Shown: piece after piece, positions 1-13,212 of the stretch
How positions within the stretch are numbered: the stretch's first letter is position 1
Layout: every line of letters starts with the position of its first letter
Assembly: GCA_036172245.1 (NCBI GenBank)
Contig: JAYWIR010000016.1
Location: 1,736,001 to 1,800,000, forward strand
Origin: Raillietiella orientalis
Taxonomy: Eukaryota
Direction of reading: 5' to 3'
Length of the DNA: 64,000 bases
Made by a program: the position numbers and the translations under genes
The notes under the pieces: generated by a model
What the model saw: the letters and a program-made list of their open reading frames with translations, nothing else
What the model was told of the DNA's origin: nothing
Databases searched by the model: none

Positions 1-1442
1 TGCGTGCATGCGCTCACCGGAATTCCCGGCTTCCGCCCCGTCCCTACGACTGAGCACACCCGAGCAAGGAAGTGGCGAACGGGTGCCCAGCATTCAGCCT
101 GCCTTTCTGCCCGGACCGCTTCGTTCCCTCAAGTCCCGGCCAGTTCCTTACAGCCAGGAAACGAAGCGACGGAAACGAACCGAGCGAGCGCTCCAGTCGA
201 GGCCGAAGGCAAGGGATTCGCTGGAAGCACCGACCTGGCGGGCGAGCCAAAGCAAGGCAAGGACGCGCCACTCGTCCCTTGCATTCGTCCACTCGTCGGT
301 CAGGACACCGGAGACATGCCCACGGCAACAGACGACGACGACGAGCCAACCGATCCATCCCGAGTCCGGAAGGCGCTCGCCGCGGAAGCCGGCAACGAAC
401 GAGCGCCACCGACTTGCCCGCATCCTGGAATTCCACCTGCGGTTCCGATCGCCACCGGAGCTCGCGCCCCCTTCCCCGGGAACGAGGGACGTCTTCCTGG
501 AGACTCTACGAAGCGGAAGACCACCATGCTCAGTTCCAAGCGTCCGAGCGTGATCAACGAAGCGCGGCTTCGCTCGAAGAGGACGAGAAGCCACGAAGGC
601 GAGCACGGCGGCCTCTTGTCTCCGCAGTTCCCGCGGGACAAGAGGCGCTTCCTGTTTCCTCCCGCGCACGAGGAGGCGATCGCTTCCTCATCCGGGCCGT
701 CGACCGGCCGAGAGGACCGCTTCCCGCTCCCCATTCCACGACGTCAGGACTCCCCCGGCTGCCGCCCAAGAGCCGCGCTGGCTCCCTTCCTTAATGGAAA
801 CGAGCATCTCTCTCGGAAATGCGTCTTCCCGGCATGCGCGCCGCAAGCAGCGGTCCGTCGTCAGCAGGCAGCTGACGAGGACCGCAGCCTCGCCCGGGGT
901 TCGGCACGAGCAGCTACGAAGGGGCGCTCGCACCCTTCCCCTCATCGCTGCTCGCACCCTCGTCAGCACGCTCGCGCGCAACGAAAAGGCCGGCGCGGGG
1001 CCGTTGCCGTGGATCCCGGCCCACCAGGCCGAACGGGCGCCGCGACGTCCGCTCGACCTGCTTCCGTCCAGCTGGGTGCGCTCCTCCGGCGCGGCATCCA
1101 GCTGACCGCACGCGCGACCGGCGCCCGCCTTCCCGCACCGCTCCCTCATCACCGGGTGCCGCGAGGCTCGCTGCCCCGAACGGGATGACGCATCGGGCAG
1201 GCATCAGCCACCCGCCGCGGGGGAGCGGAAGGCGAGGAAGGCCGGCTGCCCCTCCCCCATGCAGCATTGCTCTTCTCCACGGTTCGCGCTCGGCGTGCTC
1301 CGCGACGCTCGCTGAGAAAATCCCCGATTGCTCCGAAGATAATGAGGTAATCTCGTTTGATGACCGAGGTACCATTGTCTCCAGAACAAAAAGGAAAACG
1401 ACGAGGAAGGAGACAAAAAAACAAAGGGTTTGCCCATGTGGT
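1..1442. repeat. GC/CpG-rich interspersed repeat, copy 1 (truncated by window start)
   Basis: Near-identical (a handful of SNPs plus a 1-bp indel) to 16622-18064; identity stops sharply after GCCCATGTGGT. Overlapping low-complexity ORFs on both strands have no recognisable domain. Confidence 0.9.
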
Positions 1443-1599
1443 GATGCGCCTGAGATGCCTGACAAACATCCTACCTGGGAAGAGCGAGATTACCGTAATC
1501 ACTTTGGTAAAATTTCTTCATGGTATTCTCACCAAGGTGATCGCGGTTTACGCTGCCTTTGCTGAGGAGGTAGTTCATGGGATGCTGAATGACACCTGG

Positions 1600-2100
1600 A
1601 TTCCAAGTCATTTGTCCTTCCTATTGCAACATTGCTGCCTTAGTTTTTCAGATCTTCTATAGGAGTTTGTGCTGCACATCACATTGCAAACACTGCCTGC
1701 TAGTTTCGGTAGGGAGAATAAAGTTGTGCGAACCCACGGAAGGGGAGGAAGGTAATCGAGAAGGAACAGGATAGCTCGCTGTAGGATGGAATTTGTCTTG
1801 AGGAGATATGTGACTGGATCTGGAGATGGAATACCAAGTTGAGAAGAGCCTGTCAGATAAGGTGATTTGGATTTTCTTCCAGGTCAGCTCGGGACCAACT
1901 TTTGCGCAAAGGGATGATTGGGATTCCACTCATGTACACTGAGGTAAATAGTAGGTGCGATTTGGATGCAGTCGGGTGCATGGGAAGATGATTTCAGATG
2001 ATCGGAAGCTCAAAGAGAATAAGTAATGATGCAGACCATTAGAAAAAATATCTGGTGAAGCCAGTAGCGTCTTAGTCAGCAGTCTTGAGTTGCTCGTATC
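1600..2100 (-). pseudogene. Possible highly decayed LINE reverse-transcriptase remnant
   Basis: Minus-strand peptide IQITLSDRLFST..SSHISPQ weakly recalls the RT 'SFLSDR..S...GVPQG' region; many stops. Confidence 0.25.
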
Positions 2101-2999
2101 AACTCGGATTGTCGTGGAGATGGTTCCTTTCCGTTTAGCAACCAAAACTTGCATCTTGAGTACTGGCAGACCGGTCGAAAGTGGATGTCTTTCTGCTTGC
2201 AAGCACGCGGGCTGCTGGCACCAGCCTCTCAGCATGATTGGCGCCTGCGGTGGCGACTGAATCTCGCTCCCTACATTCTTGTCTGTGAAGTTTTATTGGA
2301 GCTCGGGATGAGCATTTCGTTTCCGGGACAGCATCTCCGGGGACTGAGCTGTAAAGAAAGCATGGAAACGAGATGTGTTCTCGAAGACCTGGAGATAAAA
2401 AGTATCATCTCCAGCTGCCAAAAGCACGAGTAACATCTTCAGAGCAAGAAGCAAATGGTGGCCTATTTGTCTCTGAAAGAATTTAACGTAGGAAAAACAG
2501 GCCATGGAAGCTTCTTAGAAGGCGATCTGGAAGGCAGCTAGATCACGTGGTACTTTGAGGAACAGAGTGGGTGGTAGTATGAGTAAGGCAGCAGGAGCGT
2601 GTGCTGAAGAAGATGAAAGAACGAGACTGCTGAGGAAATTTCTTTGAAAGAGTTTCACCGCTCCGCTTATTCCACACCGCAGTAGGAGGAACCGAGTGGT
2701 TGGGTCAAGGCCGAGCAGACATTGTGTGACAAGCAGACTGTCCAGAAACGCGGATTCCTCTGGTTGAAAGTAAGCTAGTTGCCCCACCAAAGGACGAGAG
2801 ATCACCAGGTAGCACCAGTAGTGCAGAGACAACCGAAGTCGAAGAAACGGCAACCTGAGGATGCACGGCATGCACAGTAGGGTTGTATTCCTGGATGCTA
2901 TGTCGGCTGTCTCCCGGCTAAGAAGCTTCGTGTAAGTGATTTCTGTGTGTGCAGCTTCTTACTCTTCGGGAAACCCTTGCTCCCGATAGGAAATCTCAG

Positions 3000-5750
3000 T
3001 CATCCTCTCTTTCTCCTGTTGAAACCATTCACCAGCCTCCCACCCACTGAACACGCGATCCAGCAAAGGAGGAATTCTTGGAAAGTGGGCCGCAACATCC
3101 CTGGTGAGTGACAGCGTGGAAACCCTGCGGCACTGAGCATGTCCGGAAGCAACTGCAGATGGGGGACAGAAAAGGGGGAGTCAGGAGGGAAAGCGAAAAC
3201 CAGATTTCCTTCTTGGAAAATCGCGAGATGTTCTGAATGCTGACAAACAGGAACTGCAACCTGAAAGTCCTGATGTCCCTGATGTCCTCGTGAGGAGCCG
3301 GAAAAGCGGAGTTCAACCGTGTCGCATCTTGGACAAGGTCCATGAAACTCCAGAGGCTCGTCGGTTTCGGGAGGTGCACCGAGCTCTTCGGAAAGGTCCG
3401 GAGAATCCTGCTTGGGGGCAGTTGAGAACAGACTGTTCCGGTGGAACTGATCGCGTATGTCCAACCCCTATTCCGACCTTCCCCGACACCACCCTACGGA
3501 CTCTTTCATACAGGAGCAGGGAAGTTCGTTTTTCTCCTCTTCCGGCTTTCCCTTTTTCGTGTGAAGACCACGGATCCATCTTCCGGAGCTCTCTTGGCCA
3601 CAGGAGCTGTTTTTCCTAAGACCAGCTCCCATCCTCGCTCCCTGTTTTCGTAGGCCGCAATTTCCTCCTCGATGTTGCCCGGGAGGCTGCGTTTCGCTTC
3701 TTTTTTTTTCCTTTTTTTTTTGTAGAGAATTTTGAGGAATCTGCCCTCTGCGGGTTGCTCCATCCTGTTCTCTGGAAGGGACGCTGGTTGCCTGGCTCCA
3801 GTTTCCCGGGAATCCCTGCGGCGGAGAGAATACCTAATGACGCTTCTGAGGTCGGACGTCCACTCGGAGAGAAGGCCCTGGGGTTCCGGGGACTTTTTCT
3901 TCGGAAGGAATCCCGTCTCGAGGAATGGCGACAGGACGAAGCGTCTGGCTGCCACTTCCAGGTGATCCGCGCATGCGCGCAGAGGAACTCGCGGGAACGC
4001 CACTCCTCGCAGGATACCCACGGGATGCTTCGGTGACTCGTGGTTTGTCCAGATCGCCTCGGATGAGGATGGCGAAGGGGAGTCCCGGAGAATTTCATCC
4101 AGGCCAACTCGGAGGAGTTCTCTCCACGTTCCACGTTCCCATCGTAGGTAGTGGACCGCACTTTTTTTCTCCTGGGCGAACGGAAAGGAGAAGAAAAAAA
4201 GGAAAGGGGGATCAGAAGTTCTGTCCATGCGTCTCTTCTTGAGCTTGCCCTTCACCCTGTTCACCAATCCGTGATGCTTCGTTTGCTGGACCAGAGAACT
4301 GTCCGGGAAACGGGAGGAATTCCGAATCCGGGCACGCTTCCGCGAAACCATCCAATCCCGAAGAAAAAGACAGCCCTCAGATGGGGCAACCGAGGAATCT
4401 CAAAGCTCCTCCCCCTCCTCGCTCTCTGACACCGCAGCCCATTTCCTCAAACGACATCCTTGCATCCCCTATCTGAAAATCCTATCTGGATAAAATAAAG
4501 GGAGGAAGGGGGGGAGCAAGAACTTTATTCTTCCGTCTTCCATCATTGCGTTTCGGGAATGGGCTCTAGCCCCTCTCTTTGAACCCAATTTCTGGAAGGC
4601 GACTTTGCATCCGGATCCAAAAACATCGCATTTCCTGCAGCAGAGAAGGTGCACAAGCTTTCACCGAGGACCGACCCCATCCCCTCCCGAAAGACGTCGT
4701 TTCCCTTCCTACTCCTACTACTCTTTTTCCCTCCCTTTCTCCTCGTTTCCCACCACCACCTTGCTCTCGTTCTTGAGCAAACAAAAGAAACGGAGGGCGT
4801 TGTCTCCGGAGGAAGCGCGAGGACCTCGATCGATCTTCCCTTCGCAGAAGGAAAAGGTCCCACCCCTTTTCGTCTGCCAGGAGGCTCTGCCACGGTCCCA
4901 CAGGGATGCCGGAGTCGACAGCCTTTCGACGATCACCCGACCTGAATGGAAGTTTCGACTGTTGCTTCAAGCGAGGATGATCATTTCCCTTCCCTCTTCC
5001 TTCGCTTTTCCAATGATGAGGTCGGCGGCGCGTTTTCTGGGAGACATTCCCGAAACCGTCCTCTCTCTTCCGGAGCCCTCGACTCCTCTCTGACACTTCG
5101 AGAACCCTCCAGTGAGTGGCTGCCAAATTTCTTCCCGAGGTGATTGTTCCACCGGAAAAAGGGAATGGGGGACTTGATGTTCTCACCCTCCTCATGCCTT
5201 CATGTCCCGGAAGAAAGGACTTCGGCAGCGCCTCCCTCCCCATGTCTTGGAAAAGCTCTCCGAAGGACTCGTTCCCTTCCCTCATCCGGTTGCGTTTATC
5301 CCGACAAAGGAACACTGGGGAGGCTCTTCAACCGCAGCTCCGCGAAGGACCACGACGGAGTCTTTCCTCCCTCCCTTGCGTTGGTGGGGAGTTCTCGTCT
5401 TCTGACGTGCTCCGCTGCGCGCTTCCCTCTCCATCATCAGGCTTTCTTCGGAGAAACTGGAGAACATGTGCCCTTCGTTCTCTGATGCCCAGGGTTCTTC
5501 TTGGCCCTCGGTGCTGCCTGCCATAGCAGGTGCTCCCCGCAGCTGTGAATCGTCGACATCGTTCCCGCTTCCCGCACCACGCTCAAGTCGATCCTTAGTG
5601 GGGCCTCTCCCAACGGCGGTAGGTGAATTCGGGAAGATCTCTGGGGAAGAGACTGACCGGTTCCTGTGCCCACCACTTTTCCGCGATGTGAGTCGGGAGT
5701 AGATCCAGCGATTAGGAAAGCTGATGATGGGATCGCACACCCCAGAAGCA
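3000..5750 (-). mobile_element. Decayed L1/Tx1-like LINE ORF2 remnant
   Basis: Degenerate motifs in ORF2 order on the minus strand: EALPKSF (cf. LPESF), HWRVL (cf. WRPI), DRRKAVDS (cf. DxxKAFDS), then C-terminal CPRCD..E near 3330. Frameshifted throughout. Confidence 0.45.
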
Positions 5751-6417
5751 GGTAATCGGTCTTGAGGGTCTCCGAGAGTGCTTAAGGGCAGGCAGCCTCG
5801 CGCAAGCTGACGTACATTAATAAAGGCCTAAGAGATCAAAAACGAGGACGCACGTGGGGCAAGGAAGTCGGACCGGGTTGCCGGCATCGCCCAACCACAT
5901 AACACACGTGCAGGACGGGGTCATGAAGATGCTCCGGATCCACACCAGTCAAGATCTGCCCCGCCCACCCACCGTCACGAGACCAGGGACGCTCGATTGG
6001 CCGACGGAGTGCCTGACCTGCAGCCAAGCGAAAAACAGATCCTAATCCGAAGGTGCCAAGCAGCAGCAGCAGCAGGTGTTTTCTTGAGATCCGATTGCAT
6101 CAGAATTGAACACCGTGGGGGATCCCGTGTTCTTCGCGGTTCCTTTGCCAGTCCTGGAGACAGGAAGCAGAATCGAATTAGGATGCGAGACTCCGCCACC
6201 GGCTCTGCAGATCTTCGATTTCGATGATCGCCCAGCTCCTCCTCTCCTGTTTCCCTCCTCCTCTGATCCTCTTCTCTTCCTCCTCCCACACCTTTTCTTG
6301 CTTATTCGCGATTTTCTTAAACCATCTCGTGTATTCGAATGATCCGATTTCACCTGCTCACTTGTGCTCTTTGATCGTCCCGGTCCGCTCCCTCGACCAA
6401 ATAGATGCTGTTTGCGT

Positions 6418-6563
6418 TGGCGGCTGCGTGGCTGCGGTTTCCGCAGGCGGTCCCAAGTGTTGTGGGTTCGAATCATCACGTGGAGGATCGACGCCGAGAA
6501 AGAGGGGGTCCCCCCCCACAGGATGACGCTGGTTGACCCACAGGCTTAAGGAGAGTCACTGGT
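6418..6563 (+). mobile_element. Family A SINE copy A1, tRNA-like head (split by LINE B1)
   Basis: B-box GGTTCGAATC at ~6465 followed by the family signature GGAGGATCGACGCCGAGAAA; homology resumes at 7481. Confidence 0.75.
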
Positions 6564-7480
6564 TGACACCCGGTCACGCCGGGACGTTTATTTATACAAA
6601 ATAAACATATATGTCCATGGCAGGACGTCTGATCTTGCCACGTTACTTATAGCTACTAGAAGGAACCTGCCGAGAACTGGCACGCAGGACAGCAGGGTTT
6701 GCCTCGGCAGCACAGAGGAAGGGGAAACAAACAAGAATAAAACAAAAAACATATTGTAGAAAAAATGGGGGAGGGGGGAGGGAAGGGATCACCGTGTGCT
6801 AGCGAGTGTGCTCTGCATCCTTGTAAGGATGCCAGAAACTTCCTGTTTCAAGACTCCCAAATGGGGTCATCTTGACGCTATCCTCATGAGGAGGGCAGCA
6901 AATTAAATGGGATCCCTCTCGTTCTGGTCTCTGGCGCTGCTCAATGCAGCCATGGTTCCGCCGCGTGGGCAGCAAAGTGCTGATGGGGATGTGGCAGGCG
7001 TGAGGGCGTCGCGCAGGAAGAGGAGCTTTACAATGTCTCTGGAGTTGCCGCCGAGGGTTCCAAGGGTCTCGGAAAAGCGTCTTAAAAAAATCGTGAGGGC
7101 AACGTAGTCCACTCGAAGGTGCGGGAGGGATTCCCGCCCCTTGTGCCTGGCACAGTTCAGGTCCCGCCTCCCCTCCTTCATGTCCAATGATGCCAGCGGA
7201 CGTTGCACGGGAGGTCCCAGTGCAGCAGCCTCAACGTCAACTCCTGCCACTTTAAGAGGACACGGGTGTTCATGAGCACCGGGGATCACTGCAAGTCTTC
7301 CTCCGGAATACTCAGTAGCACGCCCCAGCGCAAAAGTCCACGAGGTCGAGCACTTGGGGTCGCAGAGTCAGTGAGCTGGTCCGTCTTGCACTCGCCCAGT
7401 CCTTTTCTCCTTCCGGAGATTTCTACAATAACCTCCCATCTGGGCGTAAGGCTGCTGTCCAGATGCTCCCTAGGGGAGGG
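6564..7480 (-). mobile_element. Family B L1/Tx1-like 3' fragment B1, inserted in SINE A1
   Basis: Minus strand encodes the zf-RVT-like C-terminus (CARHKGRESLPHLRVDY). Sense 3' end is AATAAA-CGT-CCCGG-CGTGA-CCGGG-TGTCA. Direct repeat CACTGGT at 6557-6563 and 7481-7487. Confidence 0.8.
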
Positions 7481-8130
7481 CACTGGTGGAAGTCGGAAAC
7501 CTCCGGATGCTCCCGTTGACTGGCCAGGATTGGAAGTTGGCCCCCCAGGGTCATTCCAGGAATTGGAGAACTGGTTCCCTTCCGGTTATGATAATGGATC
7601 CTCCATTGCATACCATAAAGCTGGTTGATAGCCCCTTGGGAGTTTCCTTTTCAGAGTGTAAAGAAGCTCACTGCTCCCTTCGGGGAACGCCCTTCAGAAA
7701 AATTGGGAAGCGTCCCTTCGGGGTTCTCTTCAGAGGAGGAAGGAAGGAGCGGTTCCTTTGCGGGTTCATTCCAGAGAAGACATAATGGAATGCATTGCCC
7801 TCCGAGGGGTCCATCCGGAGAGAATAAGGGAAAGCATCTCTTCGGAGTTCCGTTCTGAGACAACCAAGGCAAGAGTTCTCTTCGGGGCTGGCACCTAAGA
7901 GTAAGAGGAACGGACTCCTTTATACGGAGCCTTCCTGGATTCATAGGGTGGTCCCCCAGGGTTTGCCCTTTAACTTGCAGAGTTACACGCACCCTCGGGT
8001 AATATGGACGGTCTCAAAGAGCTTCGTGAGCCACTGGCGAATGGTGCTTCAGCACTTGGCGAACCAAAAAAAAAAAAAATGCTGAGAGGAAATCTGCGGA
8101 AACAGAACTCGGAAGGATTTCCATCGTCCT
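7481..8130 (+). mobile_element. Family A SINE copy A1, body with hairpin array
   Basis: Homologous to 25240-25810 and 30030-30570; repeated GGGAAGCGTCCCTTCGGG-type units; 3' CAAAGAGCTTCGTG...GCACTTGGCGAACC(A)n. Confidence 0.8.
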
Positions 8131-8138
8131 TCCATTTC

Positions 8139-8666
8139 TTAACCCTTTAGGTGAGGGGCTCACCAGATTTGAAAGACGAATGTGTTGACGGCACGCGAGT
8201 CGTAGTGGCGATCCCTGTGGACGGAGTGTTTTTTCGCGTACCGCGTGCTCCATCGAGGTGCCGACTGACTTTATAAAGTGCTGATTAAAGTTACTACTGT
8301 AATTGTTTATTTACACCACATGCAATAGCATTTTTCCATTTTTTTCCTAACACATATTATTTATTTAAAAATTATAATTCGAATAAATCAACAGCACACT
8401 CACATTTTTAAGATATCACAAAGATAAAAATCAATGTGATAAATTCTATACGACACCGAGAACAACCGACAATAGCCAGCCGATATAAATAGAATTTTGT
8501 TTACTGCCGTTGCTAAGGGAATTATAGGAACGTGAGTGTATGCAACATGCGCAACATGTTGACTGATGTCGCGAGTATAAGGTTTGCCACTCATGGATAC
8601 GTCCATAGCGCACGCTGATAGCTTTCCCCGGGCACATCTTTGCATCCATGGCACTCAAAGGGTTAA
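8139..8666. mobile_element. piggyBac-like non-autonomous element (MITE)
   Basis: TTAA-CCCTTT at 8139-8148 and AAAGGG-TTAA at 8657-8666 (TTAA TSD, CCC/GGG ends); imperfect TIR CCCTTTAGGTG vs CCCTTTGAGTG; AT-rich non-coding interior. Confidence 0.55.
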
Positions 8667-8864
8667 AAAAACTAAACTAAAAGCTGCCAGTGTATTTTGG
8701 AGAACACCTCGGAGAGCACCTTTATTAACGGGACATTGGGAACTTATCCGATCTTGGCATTTCGGATGCCGCCTGTCCCGCAGCCGGAGTGCAGCACAGA
8801 ATCTTCTCAGAGACCTGGAGATGATAAGCAGAAACGAAAGAAGAAGCAGCGCTGCAAGAGCCCT

Positions 8865-8978
8865 GCTCTCCCAAAGAAGACCGACGGGATCCACTTCCTT
8901 ATTCTCTCTGGAGGGATTCCTCGGAGAGGGATGTCCTCCATTATTTCTTCTCCAGAGGACCCTCACAAGGGAATCACT
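8865..8978 (-). mobile_element. Family A SINE internal fragment (hairpin-array units)
   Basis: Reverse complement contains GGAGAAGAAATAATGGA...CCCTCCAGAGAGAATAAGG, matching the array in other copies. Confidence 0.55.
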
Positions 8979-11900
8979 TAGGTTGCGGAGCTTCACTGTT
9001 CAGAAAAGAAATGCACCGATGTAGGTACGCGACGGATGATAGGTACCCTCTATGGTTTCACAGCTTCAGCATCCCGAAAAGTTGGACCCGGTCTTCCTTC
9101 ATGCGACCAGAAATGCAATGACAAACGCAATGGATCTCCACTCTCATTGGAATGGATGGCTGGAATTTCCCTCTCTCGACAGTCTTCTCACGTTCTTTCC
9201 CCGGTTTGATGCTGTTCGTCCCCGCTCCCAACCATCCGCAAGTGAGACACGAGAGAGAGAAGCGACCTTTTCCTCGCTCGTGTCCTCCCCCCTTTTTCCA
9301 ACTTCTCAGCTCCCTTGAGCCACCCGAAGAGTCAGGGTTTTGTCACAGGAGCTTTCCGGAAGCCGAAGGACCTCGATGCGCAAGCAGCAGCTGCTCTCTT
9401 CCTTAGGAGCCCAGCCTCTTCCTGCAGCCGCTGCAAAATTCGGGACTTTCGTTTCGAATTCACTTCGAGCAGGGAGGAGGAGGGAAAGCGTCCAGTTTTA
9501 TTCCCTTTTCGGTTTCCTAAGGAACGCTGTTGAGCAGAAACGAGCTTCGCGGAGGTTCCCTGCCCGTTTCTCCTTCCGAAGCACCCGGGAGACTCGCGAC
9601 CCAACAGGGCCCTGCCCTCGAGAGTTCTTTCCAAGACGCACCTGTTCCTCACATCAGGGCCGTGGTGCCTTCTGGCGGCAGGCTGCCTACCTTGAGGGCA
9701 CAGCGGCACTCGCTGATGCGTTGCTCTCGGTTGATTCGAACGGCGGCGGCTCTCAGGACCAAGGGAATCAGGAACCTGGGTTCCGGCTGGAGAAGGGAGG
9801 CGTTACCTCGGAGACGCAAGAAAACGCCCTGAGACCCAGAGAAGACCGCCGTACCTCCCTCTTTCTTACACCGGCATGAAATTGGGGTCTTTTCCAGCTG
9901 TTCAAGCCATGTTGGTTCTCTTCCAAGGAACTCATTGTCTGCTGCACACGCTCCTTCCATGAGATGGATCTGTCGATGATCTTACCCTCTGCATTCCGGG
10001 TTTTAACGTCAGTCACAGCGGCTCTGCAGCTGGCGGTCTGCAGCGTGGGGATGAAAATTCATGGAAAAGATGACTTCTTGCAAAGTTCTGCCCCAAATCC
10101 TTTGCTGCCAATAAATGCCGTGGTGATGAACGAGCTGAGCGGATCAGTTACAGTTCACAGTACCGTCAGAAAGGGCACCACTGTCTCTGCATAGGATTAT
10201 TCCTGCGCACTTCCCATTCTGGATGCGTACAATCGGTCAGGGTCCCATTTGAAAAGAGGTAAGAATGGAGACAGAGCAGCGAGATAGCTTCACCTTTTGT
10301 TCTGCCAACCCCCCACCCACCCCAAACACATGAGTTCCTCCTTTCTGCTACCCAGCTCCTTCCTCAGATGCGTCTCTTTCTTTGCCAAAGAATGAAATCC
10401 AAGAAAGATTCTTGTTCCCTCCCCCCTCACTCTGGATCCGCAGAAAACGAGAGGGTTGAGTTCCATTCACGATTCGGGAAGATCCCGAGCCGTGCCTGGA
10501 AACAGGAAACCCTCCTGCAAGGGAAGGGAAAGGCTCTTTGCAAAAGCCTCCTCTTCCAGATTTCATGGGTGTTTCTTCATCAAGGCAGTTGGACCTTCTG
10601 AACCTGGATGGAGTTTCATCCTGTCCGCACAACCAGCGCCCGTTCTTATCCCCCTCCCCCCATCAAGGAGAACAGATAAGATAACGTACAACCAAATAAA
10701 GTGCTTCAATTAGACGAAACGATGGCTTATCTATTTTATTCTACGAATAAATAAAGATTCTATATAGATCAGTTTTCATCGATGGGAGCCTAAAGCCCTA
10801 CTTGGATGTCATAAATAACGCTGCTGCGTCGATGGCATCATAAATCTTGTTTACTTGGATTTTACGTTCAAGTTTTGAAGTTTTCCTCGCTGGATCTACC
10901 TCTTTTATCCCAAGTTCGCATCTGGAAGCACCCCTTAGTGATTCGAGTTTTTTTCCCCCATCGCTCAGGATGAACAGCGCGCATCTTCCAATATCAAACC
11001 CTCAGATTCGATGCGCGACTCCGGAAGTACGGCGGGGACTCAACAGCCGCACTCCGATCCGAAGGGATGGATGGCTGGGAGACTGCAACTTTGCGGGAGC
11101 ACGACAGCGGAGGAAGGAAGCCTGTCGTGCTAGTCATGGATACGGGAGAGCAGCACCTCCAGTGCCAGACAGCGAGATCCTCCCCGATCCAGTTCGAGGG
11201 ATAAGGATTTTTCTTCCATTTCTCTCTCTCTCCCCCTCCCTCTCTCTCTTTTGGTCTGGCTTTGCTAATGCAGTCGGTTGTTCCTCCTCCTTGGTTCTCA
11301 TGTCACGAAGAGCGCCGACATCACACCAGATATCCCATCTTCCGAAACGATCCTCCTGAAATGATGAAATTACCTGCCTCGAACTGAACTCCACAGCCAC
11401 AGCATCTCCCGTGAAACCAGGAGGCACACCTCCGAGCAAACTTCTCCGATCCGGGCGCATGCGCCGGGGTCCTCTGGAATCTCGTCTCGAAACGCCCGCG
11501 GAGTTCCATCCAGCTACCGCGGCTGCGGCGGTGAGGTGACAAAGGTTTCCTGCAGTTAATAGCATTTCCGAGAAACCATTCGCCTGTGAACACAAAGATC
11601 TCCTCCGGAACACCCGCGCGTACCTGAAGACACACACGGGAGGTATCGGAATGCGAAGTGCTCCTGCGAAAATCCGGCCTGAAGCGTCCGTCTTCGGAAA
11701 GCGTTGCGTCGGTGTCCGCACGCACTCGATGAGGACGGTTGCGCGCCTTCTGCTCGGGGGCAAGCGAGGCGGCTTCTTCGATCTGCGTCTGTCTGTGGAG
11801 GTAGCACCATGGCGACGCATTCTTCGGATCTCCCATTGAACGCTTCGACGCCTTTGTTTCGAAGCCGAAAGAGACACCGGCTGGGAAGCAAACAAACAGC

Positions 11901-13125
11901 GGACGTTTCTGGGGGGTCTTTGATGGATGCTACCGTGCTGCGAGTTCGTTTTGCTTGGGAGACGCCAACGCAACCCGGGAATCGGTTCCTCTCTCCATCC
12001 TCCCTCAAAAAAACAACAGTGTCTCCATTCCTGAGAGCCGTCCTCGGCGTCTCGCTTCCCGCCTTCGTCCCAGAGGAGGCTTCCTTCCTTCCAAGGGAGA
12101 GAGGAAGGTTACTGAGAAAAGCGGAATCTCATCAGTCGACCTTTCCGTTGCCGTCACAGGCCCGCCTGAAGCTTTTAGGATAATTGCCTTGTGCAGCAGA
12201 GCAATTATCCTGGAAAAAATGCCGAAGAAACCGTGGTGAAACGACGGTGGGCTGCTCGCACTAGACAGCACCTCGGATGTCTCAAAAACAAAAAAAAACA
12301 AAACGAAAAAAAAGGGACGGGGGAGGGACAGTCTCATCTCTTCGTTCCATGTGGTTGTTTTCTGATGCATTTGAGCTTCTCACATCAAACATTCATTCAA
12401 GCAGCCGGGAGTAAGTGCACACAGTGGGGGCCTTTATTAGCTGAGAAAACATTGATTTCTCTCTCTTGATCCCCCATCAGCCTAAGCGCCCATACTAAGC
12501 TGGAGCCCAGATTACAGGAAGCTTCCCTTACTGGAATCTGTAATGTTGCAAAATCTAGTGGCAGCATGCAAGCTCATCAAGACATCATGAGGAGAACAGA
12601 TGAACTCAAATCGGTCCTTAGGAAAATGCTGAGCTGAAATTTCCCACTCGTGAGACTCGGAAAATTTTCCCGAGCGAGGAGGAGGAGAGGATGCGATTTG
12701 CAGCTCCCTAAGAAAGGGAAAAGTCTTTCCCCGTCTTTCTGAGATGGTCGCGAAAATTGAGCCCCCATCTTGCAGAGCCTCCGGCCGCTTCTTCGAGGGA
12801 GCCTCAGTCGCATCGAAGCGCGTTCCCTAGCACCGTCCCGGATCCGTGGTTTCAAAACGGGTGCACTCTTTCCTCAAGTCAAACCCAAGTCACATCGCTT
12901 CAGGCACGATCAGCCAGCCATGAGAATTTCTGACATCCCCTCATCACATCCCGAACACGGCCGTTCTGTTTCTCAGCGCTGCTCCCCCGTCATAGGAGGC
13001 ACCGAGTCCACAGCTTCCGGGAAAGCAGAGTTTGCGACTTGCTACCTCTGCTTGCCACCCTGCGGCCGCCTTCCACAGCGCACCTGCCAGTGGGCTCGCT
13101 CTCAGCTCACGAATTCGGTAGGGAT

Positions 13126-13212
13126 TTTTTCACTCCTGTGAGATTCTTCTGGATACGGGCGTTGCCGACTTTTTCACTCCTGTGAGATTCTTCTGGATAC
13201 GGGCGTTGCCGA
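13126..13212. repeat. Perfect local tandem duplication, 43 bp x2 (period 44)
   Basis: TTTTTCACTCCTGTGAGATTCTTCTGGATACGGGCGTTGCCGA at 13126-13168 and 13170-13212. Confidence 0.95.

Noticed and set aside
4..1188. 394-aa ORF (and its copy at 16625-17809)
   Set aside because: Pro/Arg/Ala-rich, no domain motifs, long ORFs in several frames at once; typical of GC-rich non-coding repeat.
6660..6720. HDV-like ribozyme in family B 3' UTR
   Set aside because: The TCCTGCGT loop is suggestive, but the nested P1/P2/P1.1/P4 pseudoknot and J4/2 could not be built consistently across copies; no hammerhead core (CTGATGA..GAAA) seen.
9500..10300. Possible decayed RT on the minus strand (DPLSSF)
   Set aside because: Motif similarity is too weak to support a call.
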